NCBI GenBank assembly: GCA_965368975.1
Contig: CBDUPA010000012.1
Span: 128,001-192,000 of the forward strand
Reading direction: 5' to 3'
DNA: 64,000 nucleotides
From: an uncultured bacterium
GTDB taxonomy: Bacteria > Acidobacteriota > Thermoanaerobaculia > Multivoradales > JAHZIX01
This document shows, piece by piece, positions 28,632 through 37,198 of the stretch (position 1 is its first letter; every line of letters begins with the position of its first letter). Under the pieces are notes generated by a model that searched no databases, was not told where the DNA came from, and saw only the letters and a program-made list of their open reading frames with translations. The translations under genes and the position numbers were made by a program.

Positions 28632-30046
28632 AGATTCTCTGGGTAGAAGACGGGGGTGCGAGCCTCCAGCCGAGCAAGGTCGCCAAAGCCATGTTCAGCG
28701 GACTGTTGTCGAAGGGTGCCTTTGACCAATACGACACCGAGGAGGAGTTCCAGACGGAATTGCCTCGCTTGTTCGCTGCCAGCGGTCGTGGCGGGAGCCA
28801 GCACGAGATCGTCGTCTGTCGCTCCTTCGACGACTGGCTCGACGTGAGCGAGGCAGAGGCGCTCGACTTCGATGCAGCGCTGCTCGATATCAACCTGGAA
28901 GGGCAGAAGGTCGCGAAACCACCGATCCAGGTCAGTGACTTCGAGCGTCGAGCGGGTCTCTACATCTACCACCAACTCCGCGAACAGCACGGGATGGCAC
29001 CGGAGCACATCGCCTTCTTCAGCGGCGAAGGGGCGACCATGTCGGTCTTCCAGACGGCTTGTTCCGAGGCGATGCTGAAACCTCCGGCCAACCTCTTCGA
29101 GAAGAAGCAAGGCGACTTCAAGAAGGTGGATGCATGGCTGCGCAGCATCGCCGAGTGCCCCTACCAGCAATTGCGCCGTGCCGTTCTGGATGGCTGCTCG
29201 GAGCTGACGTCCCGGCTGCGTGGCTTCGAGGAGGTTGACCTCGCGGCGCAGTTTGCCCTGTTCCGCCCGGCCAATCCCGCGTTCAGTGAGCATTGGGAAG
29301 CCTACCGGGACGGCATGGAACGGTACTTCCAGCGTCTGCGGCAGGCCCTGCCGATGCAGCGGCCCCTGGACCTCGGACACTACTACCTCAGCCTGGTCCA
29401 GGAGCTGACGCAGCCGTGGCAGGGCGACGGTGACTTGCCACCGGTCTGTGTTCCCGAGCAGGTCTCGACAGCGGACCACTTCTTTGCCCGCAACGCACCT
29501 GGGGTCCTGCGCCTGTGGAATGACTGGGTGACTCGGGATCTGCTCTCCGATGCCCTCGAGACCGAAGATGTTGCCTATCTCGCGCTGCTCACGGCACGCA
29601 GCTGGGGTCCCTGGCGCACCGCCACCCCTCTACCCTTCGAGAGTTCGCTGCTCGATCTGCTGCCGGCTCCTGTCTCGTCCACGAAACTCCGCTCTCGTCT
29701 CACCAAGGAGGTCGAAGAGTGCCTCGCGGAGTCTCTGGAGGTACTGGCACAAGTTCTTCCTCACGGTGAAGACGTGCGAGGTGCCGGAGACTTCATGAGC
29801 GTCTGCGAAGCGGTGACGCGGGCTCTGCAGCAGCTGGAGCCGTCCGAGCTGGCTGACGCCTACGCGCAAGTTCGCTCGAACTCTCTGGTCTTCTTGCACC
29901 AGGCCTTCTGGCATGCACTGACTCCGGCATCGCAAGAGCCCCTGCTCTTTTTCCGAGTTCAAGATTTGACGGCAGGCAGCCTCCTCGAGGAGGTCGGCAG
30001 GCGGATCTATGCCAAGTCGTTTCCCGTCGATCCAGAGACCTCGTAG
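28628..30046 (+). CDS. Atypical receiver-domain protein with large unknown helical output domain
   Basis: ATGA overlap at 28628. MKILWVED...AALLDINL...AGLYIY...IAFFSG...FEKK. No recognisable HTH. Confidence 0.7.
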   Translation: MKILWVEDGGASLQPSKVAKAMFSGLLSKGAFDQYDTEEEFQTELPRLFAASGRGGSQHEIVVCRSFDDWLDVSEAEALDFDAALLDINLEGQKVAKPPIQVSDFERRAGLYIYHQLREQHGMAPEHIAFFSGEGATMSVFQTACSEAMLKPPANLFEKKQGDFKKVDAWLRSIAECPYQQLRRAVLDGCSELTSRLRGFEEVDLAAQFALFRPANPAFSEHWEAYRDGMERYFQRLRQALPMQRPLDLGHYYLSLVQELTQPWQGDGDLPPVCVPEQVSTADHFFARNAPGVLRLWNDWVTRDLLSDALETEDVAYLALLTARSWGPWRTATPLPFESSLLDLLPAPVSSTKLRSRLTKEVEECLAESLEVLAQVLPHGEDVRGAGDFMSVCEAVTRALQQLEPSELADAYAQVRSNSLVFLHQAFWHALTPASQEPLLFFRVQDLTAGSLLEEVGRRIYAKSFPVDPETS

Positions 30047-30130
30047 TGCCGCCAGAAGCGGACGAAAGAGCAGTAACCCGAGCGCGCCACCTCCCGAGCG
30101 AGGCGCTCTCCCAGGCAGTTGGAGACAGAG

Positions 30131-31462
30131 ATGAGTGAACCAGCAGTTCGAAATAGCGACAACAAAGAAGTCGTCGACGGCACCGTGTATGGGTTGTTCC
30201 CGGAGAGCAGTCGTCGACTCTACGAAGAGTGCATTGCCGACCTCGCCGCAGAGCGGAAGGTGAAGATATCCAGCAGCCTCGATACCAAGGTCACCGACAT
30301 TGCCGAGCAGGTGTGGAAGAAGATCCGCACCGCCGAGGTCGTGATGGCGGACATTACCGGGTTCGACCTGCAAGTGGTGTGCGAGATCGGCATGGCGCGC
30401 GGCCTGAAGGACTCGAAGAAGCTCATCCTCTTGTGCTCTCGGGAGGCCTTCGAGGACCAAGAATCCAAGCTGCCTCTCGACTTGCGCAGCCTGGACATCC
30501 AGCTCTACGACGAGACGAACTTCGTGCAGCTTCGCCAGAATCTCGCCGCGTCGCTGAACGACTCGTTGAAGAATCGCGCACCGGTGGAACCGATCGAGGA
30601 TCTCAACATCCGGCAGCTGGTGCAGCGGGCGATCAAGAACATCCAGGGCAGAGACTTCATCACCGCGGAGGTGCTGTTCCGAAGGGCTGACGAGAAGTTG
30701 CCCGATCACTGGTATATCCACCTGCAGTGGGGTGTCATGCTGCGTGAGAAGGGAGATCTGACCGAGGCCCGTGACTACTTTGGCAAGGCGGAACAGCAAG
30801 CAGAGTTCGACGAGAACCGCGCCGAAGTCTATATCGAGCAGGCCATCTTGGAGTTCCGAGACAAGGAGGCTTCGCGGGCCGAAGGGCTGTTCGAACGTGC
30901 CCGCAGTATCGACAAGAAGAACCGCAGGTTGTACATCGTGTGGGCGGACATCATGGACCAGCTAGGGGTGCCGGTGAAGGCGCTCGGCTGTGTTGCCGCG
31001 CTGATGGAAGCTGTCGGGACAGATGACGAGACCACGCTGCTGACACAGTACTACTCGAATCGCCTGGCCAACCCGGCCTTTACCATGAGCCTGGAGGAGT
31101 TCAAGAAGCAGCGGCAGGTCGTGGAAACGCGCAGTCCGCGTCGTGATCCCCCCCCGGCTCGACCTGAAGGACGACCAGCACGCCCACCTTCAGGCCCCCG
31201 GAAGTCGATCCCCAACAAGATCTCCTGGACGGAGTTCAAGAGAGACTTCACCGGCGCCCGAGTCGAGGGTGTCGTCAAGAACGCACATCCGGGATTCGGG
31301 GTCTTCGTCTATCTTGGGGACTTCAAGGGCTTGATTCACAAGCAGCATCTCGGTGATGGCTTTGCGAGTGAGTACAACCAGGGCGACAGGGTGACGGTCT
31401 GGATCAGGAGCTGCTACCTTCTGCCCGATCAGAAGCAGGCGATCGAACTCGTACCGGCTTGA
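30131..31462 (+). CDS. Nucleoside 2-deoxyribosyltransferase-like domain + TPR + S1 RNA-binding domain protein
   Basis: I..AEVVMADITG....V.CEIGMA.G...LP.DL....Y matches the NDT/TIR-like pattern. TPRs in the middle, a Pro-rich linker, then S1 (VEGVVKN...FGVFVYLG.FKGLIH...GDRV.V). Confidence 0.75.
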   Translation: MSEPAVRNSDNKEVVDGTVYGLFPESSRRLYEECIADLAAERKVKISSSLDTKVTDIAEQVWKKIRTAEVVMADITGFDLQVVCEIGMARGLKDSKKLILLCSREAFEDQESKLPLDLRSLDIQLYDETNFVQLRQNLAASLNDSLKNRAPVEPIEDLNIRQLVQRAIKNIQGRDFITAEVLFRRADEKLPDHWYIHLQWGVMLREKGDLTEARDYFGKAEQQAEFDENRAEVYIEQAILEFRDKEASRAEGLFERARSIDKKNRRLYIVWADIMDQLGVPVKALGCVAALMEAVGTDDETTLLTQYYSNRLANPAFTMSLEEFKKQRQVVETRSPRRDPPPARPEGRPARPPSGPRKSIPNKISWTEFKRDFTGARVEGVVKNAHPGFGVFVYLGDFKGLIHKQHLGDGFASEYNQGDRVTVWIRSCYLLPDQKQAIELVPA

Positions 31463-31522
31463 ACTGGGAGCCTCGAGTTCCACTGGGCAATGCTGACGTC
31501 CGGTGGAACTCGGGGAGTGCCG

Positions 31523-32884
31523 ATGACCACTCGATACCTCGAAATCTCGTTCACGCCTACACCAGGCATGCCAGATGGACCCAGCATCTACAGCGTGACG
31601 GCTCGAGATTCTCAGGACCGCCTCGCCACCGAACGGGTCGTGGTGAACCTCGAAGAGCTAGTCCGTCGAGAAGAGCAGCTTCATCTGGCCAGCAAAGGCA
31701 CCAAAGCTGGGACCCGCCAGCTGGAGGAGCTGACCGAGGAGCTTGGGCAAGGGCTCTTCGATGCCTTCTTCGCCCGTACCGTCCGAGACCTCCTGTTCTT
31801 CGCTTTCGGTGCTGTGAACCCGGATCAGACGTCACTTCAGGTGCGCCTCCGCTTCTGTGACCAAGTGTCCGAGCTGGCAGCTCTCTCCTGGGAGTATCTC
31901 TACTGGCCTGCCGGTCACCGCTTCTGGGCGCTCACCGATGGCCTTTCGATCGTCAGATGTCTGGACCTGCCGGATGATGGCGGTTCACTTCGCAGGGAGT
32001 TTCCCTTGAAGCTTCTCGTGGCTTCGGGTAGTTCCGGCGTGCAGGGGCTCAACCTGCAAGCGCACCAGCGAGCCGTCGACGAGCCGCTAGCGGCGCTCTT
32101 GAGGCACGGGCTCCTTGAACGCCAGCTACTCTGGAAGGCCGGAGCAGAGACCTTGGCGGAGATCTTGGGCGACGGTCGGCTCGACATGTTTCATCTCGTC
32201 GCGCATGGAGACATCGCTCCGTCGGAGCAGCGAGGTGTCATCTTCCTGCAGGATCTACTGCCTCAGGGGCTAGCGGTTACTGGGCGGGAATTGGCGTCTA
32301 TGCTCAGTCGTCACCCGCCGCGGCTCGTCGTATTGATCGTTTGCAAGGGAGGAGCAGCTTCTGGGCAGTCCCTGTTCGACGGGGTTGCTCAAGACCTCGT
32401 GCTTCGCGGTGTACCGGCCGTGGTCGCAATACGAGCATCGATTCGCGAGGACTATGCCACGCGATTCGTCAGGAGCTTCTACCATGCACTTGCGACAGGT
32501 GAGTCGCTCGACCGGGCCGTGTACCTCGGGCGGATGCGACTCCGTGTTGAGGACCCTGTCGCCTGGGCAACACCGGCGCTCTTCCTACGCTCGCGGGACT
32601 CCAGACTCTTCGACTTACCCAGATACTTCGGGCACCCATTCGCTCGCCAGATGCTGGAAATCGAAGAGGTACTGGAATCCGATCCCGCGAGAGCGCTGGC
32701 AGTCCTGTGCCAGGTACCTCTGAAGCATAGATCCTTGGGACGGGAGGGCGCCACCCTCCTGTCGATTCGAGAGGAACTCTGCGCCGCTCGAGCCCGAGGA
32801 CAGCTTCCTGACAGCCTGACTCTGTGCCGTAAAATCCGCCGCTTCTTGGAGCTCTTGGCCCAGATTCCCAACTGCTGTCCCTGA
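31523..32884 (+). CDS. CHAT (caspase-like) protease
   Basis: LSWEYL, catalytic dyad FHLVAHG (His) and LVVLIVC (Cys), GVPAVVA, F..SFY.AL, WATPALF. Confidence 0.85.
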   Translation: MTTRYLEISFTPTPGMPDGPSIYSVTARDSQDRLATERVVVNLEELVRREEQLHLASKGTKAGTRQLEELTEELGQGLFDAFFARTVRDLLFFAFGAVNPDQTSLQVRLRFCDQVSELAALSWEYLYWPAGHRFWALTDGLSIVRCLDLPDDGGSLRREFPLKLLVASGSSGVQGLNLQAHQRAVDEPLAALLRHGLLERQLLWKAGAETLAEILGDGRLDMFHLVAHGDIAPSEQRGVIFLQDLLPQGLAVTGRELASMLSRHPPRLVVLIVCKGGAASGQSLFDGVAQDLVLRGVPAVVAIRASIREDYATRFVRSFYHALATGESLDRAVYLGRMRLRVEDPVAWATPALFLRSRDSRLFDLPRYFGHPFARQMLEIEEVLESDPARALAVLCQVPLKHRSLGREGATLLSIREELCAARARGQLPDSLTLCRKIRRFLELLAQIPNCCP

Positions 32885-32907
32885 AGGTGCCAAGCGCTGC
32901 TCCCGCC

Positions 32908-33233
32908 CTACGGCGGGCAGCCCTGACTCATCCACGACTCGAACAGCTGGATCTGCTCGTCGGTCAGCGGTGGGAAGGGTGGCGGCGGCATGCTCTTGGT
33001 CGAGATCTGGTGGTGGATGAGCTTGGCGTTGCCGAGCACGGCGTCGTAGTCGGTGAGGTCGAGGCGCCAGGCCATGGGGCCGCGGAAGGGTTGGAAGATG
33101 GGCTGATGTCGGTGGCGAAGGACACCGGCTTCGGTGACGGGGGCTGGTCGGCGCAGTCGGGAGAGCCGCCGGCGGAGGCCACGGCGGCCGCGACTTCGGC
33201 GGGTACGGTGCGGTCTCGGATGGATTTCTTCAT
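32908..33233 (-). pseudogene. Small protein (SF..DI.P.F...DL..Y..V...MPP...F..W...G type) split by a 1-bp frameshift near 33103
   Basis: The first frame gives MKKS...VSFATDI. The shifted frame continues PIFQPFRGPMAWRLDLTDYDAVLGNAKLIHHQISTKSMPPPPFPPLTDEQIQLFESWMSQGCPP* with GC3-rich codons. May be an assembly error. Confidence 0.7.
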
Positions 33234-33293
33234 GACTCGAGTCCTTTCACTCCAGTTCCACTGGGGACCGAAGTCCGCTAGGAGATGTGTCCG

Positions 33294-34730
33294 CTAGGGG
33301 AAGAGGTCCACTAAGGGGATCCGCCACAAGGCGCCGCTACGGGGTGTCGCCTGGACACCGTGGTCGGTCATTTCGAAGGCGCCGAAGTCGACCAGCCAGA
33401 CGGTCTCGCCGGTCGGGTCGAGGGCGACGTCGATGGGGCGCTCGAGGTGCTCGCGTACCTGGTCAGGGAGGCGCACCGGGTGGAGCGACCAGTCGGCCGG
33501 GTCGATGCGCGCCAGCGAGCGGCCGATGCGAGCGCCGGGTGGCGCGGTCATGGGTTTCTCGTCGCCGAACAGGGTGACCAGCAGGTGTCCGGGCCAGCGT
33601 GGGGCCACGTCGGGGATGCGTGCCAGCTTGGTGGCGGCGGCGTTGACGGGGAATTCCAGCAGCGGCCGCTCGGGGGGTGGCAGTTCGTCGTGGTTGGCGA
33701 GCAGGGGGGGCAATGTCGCCTCGGGGGCCTCGGGGGCCCTACGGCGCGTGGGACGGAAGCGTGGATCGCTGACCGGGACGCCGCCGACGAAGTCCGGCCA
33801 GCCGTACCAGCGGCCTTGCTTGACCTCGTAGAGCAGGTCCGGGGCGTTGCCGATCGGCCGGCTGCCTCGATCGTCGGCGCCCTGGTCGGTGGCGAGCAGG
33901 CGGCCGTCCGGCAGCACGCACAGGCCGTAGGCGTTGCGCAGACCCCAGGCGAAGACTTCCAGCGACGAGCCGTCGAGGTTACAGCGCAGCACGGCCGCGG
34001 TCGCGGGTACTTGCGCCGGCAGTCGGTGACCCGGTCCGTGACTCTCGCCGAAGCAGGCGAAGGCGCCGGTGTTGGCGCGGGCTTGCGCTTCGCCTCGGGC
34101 TTGACGCAAGGGGTCGGCGGTCTCGACCTCGACGCCCGTCAGGGTGATGTCGAAGCCTGGGATGTCGGCGTCGTGGGGGAGTTCGCCGAGCCAGCCGAGT
34201 TCGTACGCGTCGAGCCCAACGATACCGTTGTTGGTCAGAGCGCCCTGGCTGAAGTAGAGACGACGGTCAGCGCCCAGGACGGCCATGTTGGTGTGATAGT
34301 TCCCAAACCCGGGCAGGTGATCGAGGAGTGTCTCTCGAATAGGAGTCTGTCGAGGGGTTTCTTGCGTGCCACTCCGCGACACGCGGCTCAAGCGACCGGG
34401 CCGGCCGCCTTCGGCCACGATGAAGGCTCCGTCACAGGCCAATAGGCCATTCACCGGCGCGCGCAGTCCGTCGATCAGCACGCTTGTCGAGCCGTCGGGC
34501 TCGATGCGCAGGATGCGACCCGTTGGCCGTGCTTCGCCGGGTGCCAGCCCGAACGGCAGGCCCGATTCGGCGACGTGCGGACGACCCTCGTCGTCGAAGG
34601 CCAGGGACGTCGGGAAGGCCAGGCTGCCGGCGATGAGACGCGCTCCGGGGTTCGGCAAGGTAGGTGCCGTCTTCGGCGGTACTGGTGCTGGAGCGGTGAT
34701 TGGGGGTGCAGTCATGGCAGGGACCGTCAT
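33294..34730 (-). CDS. Glucose/sorbosone dehydrogenase-like (GSDH/sGDH) beta-propeller
   Basis: LAFPTSLAFD, LPGFGNYH, LYFSQG, AWGLRNAYGL, WYGWPDF, ERPIDV; no signal peptide seen. Confidence 0.8.
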   Translation of the reverse strand: MTVPAMTAPPITAPAPVPPKTAPTLPNPGARLIAGSLAFPTSLAFDDEGRPHVAESGLPFGLAPGEARPTGRILRIEPDGSTSVLIDGLRAPVNGLLACDGAFIVAEGGRPGRLSRVSRSGTQETPRQTPIRETLLDHLPGFGNYHTNMAVLGADRRLYFSQGALTNNGIVGLDAYELGWLGELPHDADIPGFDITLTGVEVETADPLRQARGEAQARANTGAFACFGESHGPGHRLPAQVPATAAVLRCNLDGSSLEVFAWGLRNAYGLCVLPDGRLLATDQGADDRGSRPIGNAPDLLYEVKQGRWYGWPDFVGGVPVSDPRFRPTRRRAPEAPEATLPPLLANHDELPPPERPLLEFPVNAAATKLARIPDVAPRWPGHLLVTLFGDEKPMTAPPGARIGRSLARIDPADWSLHPVRLPDQVREHLERPIDVALDPTGETVWLVDFGAFEMTDHGVQATPRSGALWRIPLVDLFP

Positions 34731-34744
34731 GAATGGTTCGTGGC

Positions 34745-35326
34745 TCAGGCACCGACCCCGAGCAGGCGCAGCGTGGCCAGCAGCAGGAGGTAGACGCCGC
34801 TCAGCATCTCGGCATGCCGGGGGATGAACGGACGCAGCCGCGCGCCAGCGAACAGGCCGACCGCGCACAGCCCGCCGCTCACCGTGCCGACGATCAGCGC
34901 CGAGGCGACGACCGGGAACCCCAGCGTGCCGAGCGCGACGCCGGCGAATAGGTTGTCGAAGGATAGCGACAGCGGCAAGACGAACTGCGCCATGCGCAGC
35001 GTCGAGTCGCGGCCATCGACGGCTTCCCCCTCGCCGCCACGGCGCGCGAACCAGAGGATCAAGATTCCTGTCAACGCGAGCATGCCGATTCCGACTCCCT
35101 CGCCCCATTCGCCCAGCAGAGGAGCCACGCTCTGGCCGATCAGCAGGCCCAGCAGCGGCATCACTGTTTCGGCCAGCGCGAAGCTAGCGGCGAAGACCCA
35201 GCGCCGCCTCCGGCTCATCTCGACCAGGCCGAGTCCAGCGCCGACCTGCAGGTTGTCGAGGCCGACGAGCACGCCGAGCGTCACCAGGATCCAGGCCGTC
35301 TCGCCCATCAGTAGCTGGCCCGTCAT
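34745..35326 (-). CDS. mntP: MntP-family manganese efflux membrane protein
   Basis: Two repeats, GLDNLQVG and LSFDNLFAG, plus ETVMPLLG and ~6 TM helices. TGATG coupling to the upstream gene. Confidence 0.7.
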   Translation of the reverse strand: MTGQLLMGETAWILVTLGVLVGLDNLQVGAGLGLVEMSRRRRWVFAASFALAETVMPLLGLLIGQSVAPLLGEWGEGVGIGMLALTGILILWFARRGGEGEAVDGRDSTLRMAQFVLPLSLSFDNLFAGVALGTLGFPVVASALIVGTVSGGLCAVGLFAGARLRPFIPRHAEMLSGVYLLLLATLRLLGVGA

Positions 35327-37158
35327 CAGCTGGCCAGCTTGAAGATGCGCAGCAGTCCGCCCTTCCTGCCGTAGACCAGCGCTCCGGCGACCACGTAATC
35401 GCCCCACACCGCGGGGCCCATACAGTAGCCGTAGCCACCGGCGAAACCACCGGTCTCCGTGCCCAGGTCGTTGTGCCACAGCAAGGTGCCGTCGGCGACG
35501 GCGAAGGCGTAGATGCTGATCTTGGTGGTCGCCATGAACACCACGTCGTTGACCACCGCCGGCACCGACAGCCCGGACTCCCCGGCGTTGGCGTAGAGCG
35601 GCGGCCGGCCGTTGACGTAGCGCTTCGGATCGCCGTCGTCGAGCGGCCAGGCATCCTCCAGCGAGTTCCAGTCCAGCGCCCGGATGAACGGCGTCGACGC
35701 GGAGTCGATACCGGCGGCGTTGATGTCGTAATTCTTGCCGCCGACGCCGATGAACAGCCGCTGCGACGGCGGGTGGACGGCGGGGGTGCTGTAGGTGCCG
35801 AAGTAGTTCTCGCCCGGCGTCGCGTTGGAGCACTCGTTGCTCACCCTCGGGTTGGGCGTCGAGGCCGCCTGCTGTGCCTTCGAAGCGTGCGGGTCGACCT
35901 CGGGGATCTGCGAGCCGTCGTTGTGCAGCGGCAGCAGCTGACGCAGCTGGACGATCTCGAGCGTATCGGCGTCGACAGTGAACATGCCGCCGTTCTTGCA
36001 CGCCAGCGCCACCATGCGCCGGCCGTCCTGGTCGGTGAATAGCGTCGCCGAACCGCCCACGTCGACGTCGATGTCCGATGGCCGGTAGCTCGACTCGGGC
36101 GGGAACTGGACGAAGCCGACGAAGGCGCCGGTACCCGCCTGCAGCACCAGCATGCCGTTCGAATAGCCGGCGCTGGGCAGGGTGCTGTCGGGCACCGGGT
36201 TGCCGGTGGAGCAGTACAGGCGGTCGAGCTTGCGGTCGTAGGCGATGCCGGCCCAGACGGAGCTGCCTCGGGTCACCGGTTCACCGTTGAAGACCTTGAA
36301 GCCCGGCGGTGGCGTTCCCCCCTCCAGCACATCGGCGGGCAGCACGTTGGGCTGATTGGCCTCGCCGCTGCGGAACTGGCAAGTGCAGTAGATCCACACC
36401 ACGTCGCCGCTGGCAACGTCCAGGCAGTAGACGAAGCTGTAGAGAAACGGATTCTCGCCCTCGCCGATGCCGACGTAGAGACGCCCATCGACCACCAGCG
36501 GCGACGACCACAGCGCCGCCACGGCATAGCCCTGGTCGGTCCCCAGATCGCTGGTCACCGGCTGGTTGTGCAGCGGGTCCTGGTAGCGCAGATCCGTCAC
36601 CCAGAGCAGCTCCAAGGTCTCCTGGTCGAGGCAGTAGACCTTGCCGTTGAAGGCACCGAAAAACACCTTGCCGTTGACCACCGCCGGCGTCGAGCCCATG
36701 CCGCAGAAGCCGTGTGTGTCGCGCTCACTCTGCGGAATCGCCCACTTGAACGCCGCGGCGATCGCGCCGGTCGCCAGCTCCACCTTGTAGAACGAGCCGC
36801 CGTTGGAAGCCGCCGCGTCATGGCTGTTGGCGGTGCCCACGTAGACGAAGCCGTCGACGATCGCCGGCGTCGACATCACCGGGCCGTCCAACTCCAGGTC
36901 GAACGCCGGGCGCAGCTTGGCCACCGTCTCGGTGTCGATATTGCTGGTCGACGTGAAGCCGCTGTGCGCCGCGTCACCGTGGTACATCCACCAGTTCTGG
37001 ACGCCATCGGGCGACATGCGCGGATCGTCCTGCCCCTTCCGCGTCGCCGCGTCCGAGTCGCGCGCCGTGTCTGCTGAAGACGTATCTGCTAGCGCCGAGC
37101 CGGCCAGAGACGTCGTCGCCAGTCCGGCCGCCAATCCTAGAAATCCTCTTCGATCCAT
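35326..37158 (-). CDS. Tat-exported PQQ-binding-like beta-propeller protein
   Basis: Tat motif MDRRGFLG; W.MYHGD..HSG; repeated STPA.V.G.V..G and LD..TG...W units. Confidence 0.8.
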   Translation of the reverse strand: MDRRGFLGLAAGLATTSLAGSALADTSSADTARDSDAATRKGQDDPRMSPDGVQNWWMYHGDAAHSGFTSTSNIDTETVAKLRPAFDLELDGPVMSTPAIVDGFVYVGTANSHDAAASNGGSFYKVELATGAIAAAFKWAIPQSERDTHGFCGMGSTPAVVNGKVFFGAFNGKVYCLDQETLELLWVTDLRYQDPLHNQPVTSDLGTDQGYAVAALWSSPLVVDGRLYVGIGEGENPFLYSFVYCLDVASGDVVWIYCTCQFRSGEANQPNVLPADVLEGGTPPPGFKVFNGEPVTRGSSVWAGIAYDRKLDRLYCSTGNPVPDSTLPSAGYSNGMLVLQAGTGAFVGFVQFPPESSYRPSDIDVDVGGSATLFTDQDGRRMVALACKNGGMFTVDADTLEIVQLRQLLPLHNDGSQIPEVDPHASKAQQAASTPNPRVSNECSNATPGENYFGTYSTPAVHPPSQRLFIGVGGKNYDINAAGIDSASTPFIRALDWNSLEDAWPLDDGDPKRYVNGRPPLYANAGESGLSVPAVVNDVVFMATTKISIYAFAVADGTLLWHNDLGTETGGFAGGYGYCMGPAVWGDYVVAGALVYGRKGGLLRIFKLAS

Positions 37159-37198
37159 CGCTCGTCCCCCCCTTGTAGATCCTCGTTCCCGGTGTCGA

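Noticed and set aside
31523-32884. CHAT as part of Craspase (type III-E) or a gasdermin system
   Set aside because: No Cas7-11, CRISPR array or gasdermin-like gene is present in the window.
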